Source: an uncultured archaeon
GTDB taxonomy: Archaea; Asgardarchaeota; Lokiarchaeia; Sigyniarchaeales; SOKP01
NCBI GenBank assembly: GCA_964388035.1
Contig: CAYLZE010000003.1
Coordinates: 56,521-120,520, forward strand
DNA length: 64,000 bases
Reading direction: 5' to 3'
The translations under genes and the position numbers were made by a program. Below the pieces are notes generated by a model, which saw only the letters and a list, made by a program, of their open reading frames with translations, did no database searches and was not told where the DNA came from. How positions within the stretch are numbered: position 1 is the first letter of the stretch; the number at the start of each line of letters is the position of its first letter. This document shows positions 61,756 to 64,000 of the stretch, piece after piece.

Positions 61756-62457
61756 TTATTTAATGCTTTTTTTTCCATAGAAAGCCCTAGCTACAAATAG
61801 AATTCCTAAAGACAACAAGATAAACAATAAAGTATCAAATAAAACCTCCATTTCAATAATATTGCCGATCGCATCATTAATTAGAGCCCCGATGAATAAA
61901 AGCAGTCCCACAAAAAAAAACCACATTCTTTTTTTAGTTACTCCCTCTGATTTACTTATCCCAAAATAATAAATTGAAAAAGCAGAATATCCTAACATGG
62001 AAATCATGAAGATTGCGAATAATGCGAATTGAACGGGCTGGAAATGTGTATCAGCAGTCTTAGCATCAATAACCACGATATAATTTGTAAAGATCAATAG
62101 TAAAGAAATAGCCAAATATATGGTAAATGGCACTATAAAAACGAATTTTCGTTTCCTCATTTCTTTAGTTGAATGAATAAGAATTTGCATGGTAAAGAAC
62201 AACAATAAAACACTAAGCATGACACTTACCATTCCCAATTTTAAAAGAAGGATGATGAGAAATTCTTGCCCCATGAAGGAATAAATAATCGTTGATAATG
62301 CATATATTCCGAGAGTTAATGCCCCAAAAGCTAGAAAAGAATCACCTAGTGGAATTTCGGAATGCTTTTTTTGTTTTAGGAGTACTAAAAACAGGATTAT
62401 TGAAATGATAAAGGTAATGAATTCAAAAACATACGTTATTAACTCGGTCATGATCAA
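61756..62457 (-). CDS. 7-TM membrane protein (sensor-like, no cytoplasmic output domain)
   Basis: Seven hydrophobic segments, KKRMWFF before TM6. Confidence 0.7.
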   Translation of the reverse strand: MIMTELITYVFEFITFIISIILFLVLLKQKKHSEIPLGDSFLAFGALTLGIYALSTIIYSFMGQEFLIILLLKLGMVSVMLSVLLLFFTMQILIHSTKEMRKRKFVFIVPFTIYLAISLLLIFTNYIVVIDAKTADTHFQPVQFALFAIFMISMLGYSAFSIYYFGISKSEGVTKKRMWFFFVGLLLFIGALINDAIGNIIEMEVLFDTLLFILLSLGILFVARAFYGKKSIK

Positions 62458-62593
62458 AAAGGATCTATTTTATAAAATTACAAAAGTGTTTTATAATAAA
62501 TTTATTTTATTATAAAAAAATTTAGAAAAAAAATTAGTAACTAAAATAGTCAATTTAGATTTTATTGATATAATATATTAATTAGTTAGCGAT

Positions 62594-63031
62594 TTAAACA
62601 TATGATTTAAGAGTACTTCTCATGAACAATTTAGCTTTCTTTAATAGTCTCCTTGCATTATTAAAAGTTACTTTTTTTAAAGCTTTTTGATATGGTAACC
62701 ATATGTAATCCTCATGCTCATAACTAATTTGCACTTCCTTTTCATGAGCTTCTATTAGATAGAATTTAACTTTTTTTTGAATTAATTCATCATGAAGCTT
62801 GAAATAATATTGTATCCCATCTTCAAATCCGGGAATGATTGATGCATCAACAATTCCCGTTTCTTCTTCTAATTCCCTTAAAATAGTTTCCTCGTCACTT
62901 TCTCCCTTTTCCTTATGGCCTTTTACGAATCCCCAATGTCCATGCTTCGAGCCCGACTCAGATTTATATTTTAGCAACAAAAATAAATCATCATAAACAA
63001 CGATTGCTCCGATAGAGAAATCTCTCATCAT
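62594..63031 (-). CDS. NUDIX hydrolase (Ap4A hydrolase-like)
   Basis: HWGFVKGHKEKGESDEETILRELEEETG, SYEHEDYIW. Confidence 0.92.
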   Translation of the reverse strand: MMRDFSIGAIVVYDDLFLLLKYKSESGSKHGHWGFVKGHKEKGESDEETILRELEEETGIVDASIIPGFEDGIQYYFKLHDELIQKKVKFYLIEAHEKEVQISYEHEDYIWLPYQKALKKVTFNNARRLLKKAKLFMRSTLKSYV

Positions 63032-63362
63032 TTTTCATAAAAACCCGTTATTAGATATTAAGTTATTCATCTAATAAAGTCCATAATTTTAAATTTATAG
63101 ATTAAAAAAAATTAAAATTCTTATTCAAGCAGCTATCAAAGTTAATCGTTTTAAGGCTAAAACAAAACTTGTAAAAGATTAATTTAAATGAGGAAAATTG
63201 GAATTTACTTTATGAGATTTCAAAGAGGCTTAGAATGTTATATTTTAAATAATAACCCGCTATTAGGTGTCATGTAGTACATCAAGTAATGTTCATGAAA
63301 TTCAATTTAAAGATCTAATAAAATTTAAAATGTCACTTCAAAAAGTTAGAAAAAAAAAGGAT

Positions 63363-64000
63363 TTAATAAGTATAAAACCCTTTCAAGGATTTATTTCCTA
63401 ATTCGCCTTTTTCTATTTTATCCTTAAGAGCTTGAGGTGGTTTGTCCTTAGGATCTCCACTTTCTTTATAATATGACATCTCAATATCATAGACCACATC
63501 CAGACCTACACTATCCATCATCTGGAAAGGTCCAAGACCCATACCCGAATAAATTTTCCATGCTTTATCTACTGTTTCGATATCGGCATGTCCTCCCGCC
63601 CATATCTCCAGGCATTCTTTCTTCACGGCTCTCCAGATCCTATTAAACACGAATCCAAGGCATTCTTTTTTTACAACTAAGGGTTCTAGCTCAATGCTTT
63701 CAATCCATTGTTTTCCTTTCTCGAAAGTCTCATTGCTTGTTTGTGAACCTCTCATGATATCGACCATGGGAACTGTTTTTGGAATATAAAAATGCATGTT
63801 CAAAACTTTGTCTTTTCTATCAACCACATCCTCAATTTTAGAGACTGGTATTGAGGAACTGTTTGTTGCTATGATCGCATGAGATGGAGCAGCATTATCT
63901 ATTTGAGAAAAAACTTCTTTTTTTAATTTTAACCTTTCTGGGACTGCTTCAATGATAAGATCAGCATCTGCGACAGCTTCGGAAAGATTCTGATGTTCAG
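63363..64000 (-). CDS. 3-hydroxyacyl-CoA dehydrogenase (5' end outside window)
   Basis: Frame continues to window edge: DADLIIEAVPE..K, IATNSSSI, MHF, GFVFNRI, GPFQMMDSVGLD. Confidence 0.93.
   Translation of the reverse strand, partial: EHQNLSEAVADADLIIEAVPERLKLKKEVFSQIDNAAPSHAIIATNSSSIPVSKIEDVVDRKDKVLNMHFYIPKTVPMVDIMRGSQTSNETFEKGKQWIESIELEPLVVKKECLGFVFNRIWRAVKKECLEIWAGGHADIETVDKAWKIYSGMGLGPFQMMDSVGLDVVYDIEMSYYKESGDPKDKPPQALKDKIEKGELGNKSLKGFYTY

Noticed and set aside
1-64000. CRISPR arrays, transposases, integrases, rRNA/tRNA, global stop-codon reassignment
   Set aside because: No regularly spaced repeats or such genes were recognised by eye; TAA, TAG and TGA all end conserved genes at expected positions.

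Overview
AT-rich (roughly 30% GC by eye) archaeal chromosomal segment with about 60 genes. It is most likely Asgard/Lokiarchaeia: it carries an Arf-like small GTPase, two longin/roadblock-like proteins, GGTGA/GAGTGA Shine-Dalgarno motifs and many bacteria-like metabolic genes. I recognised no rRNA, tRNA, CRISPR array or transposase. Content includes an FAD oxidoreductase with a CCG Fe-S partner, class I GAPDH, redox/flavin genes, a tusA-iscS-iscU operon, a 4-hydroxybutyryl-CoA dehydratase homologue, a loose sugar-catabolic region (IlvD/Edd, GPH-MFS, GH38-like, RraA, GH4, URO-D/MtaA-like), lipid-related membrane enzymes and several decaying pseudogenes. Main observations: (1) at least four genes appear to start at AUU/AUA codons placed at canonical Shine-Dalgarno spacing; (2) the Fe-S operon has an IscS without the PLP lysine and an IscU fused to a degenerate thioredoxin-reductase NADPH domain; (3) a multi-stem structured RNA candidate lies at about 5155-5282; (4) a close homologue of eukaryotic CWH43/PGAP2IP lies beside a UbiA protein lacking its catalytic motifs. 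All family calls come from motif recognition by eye, with no database search.
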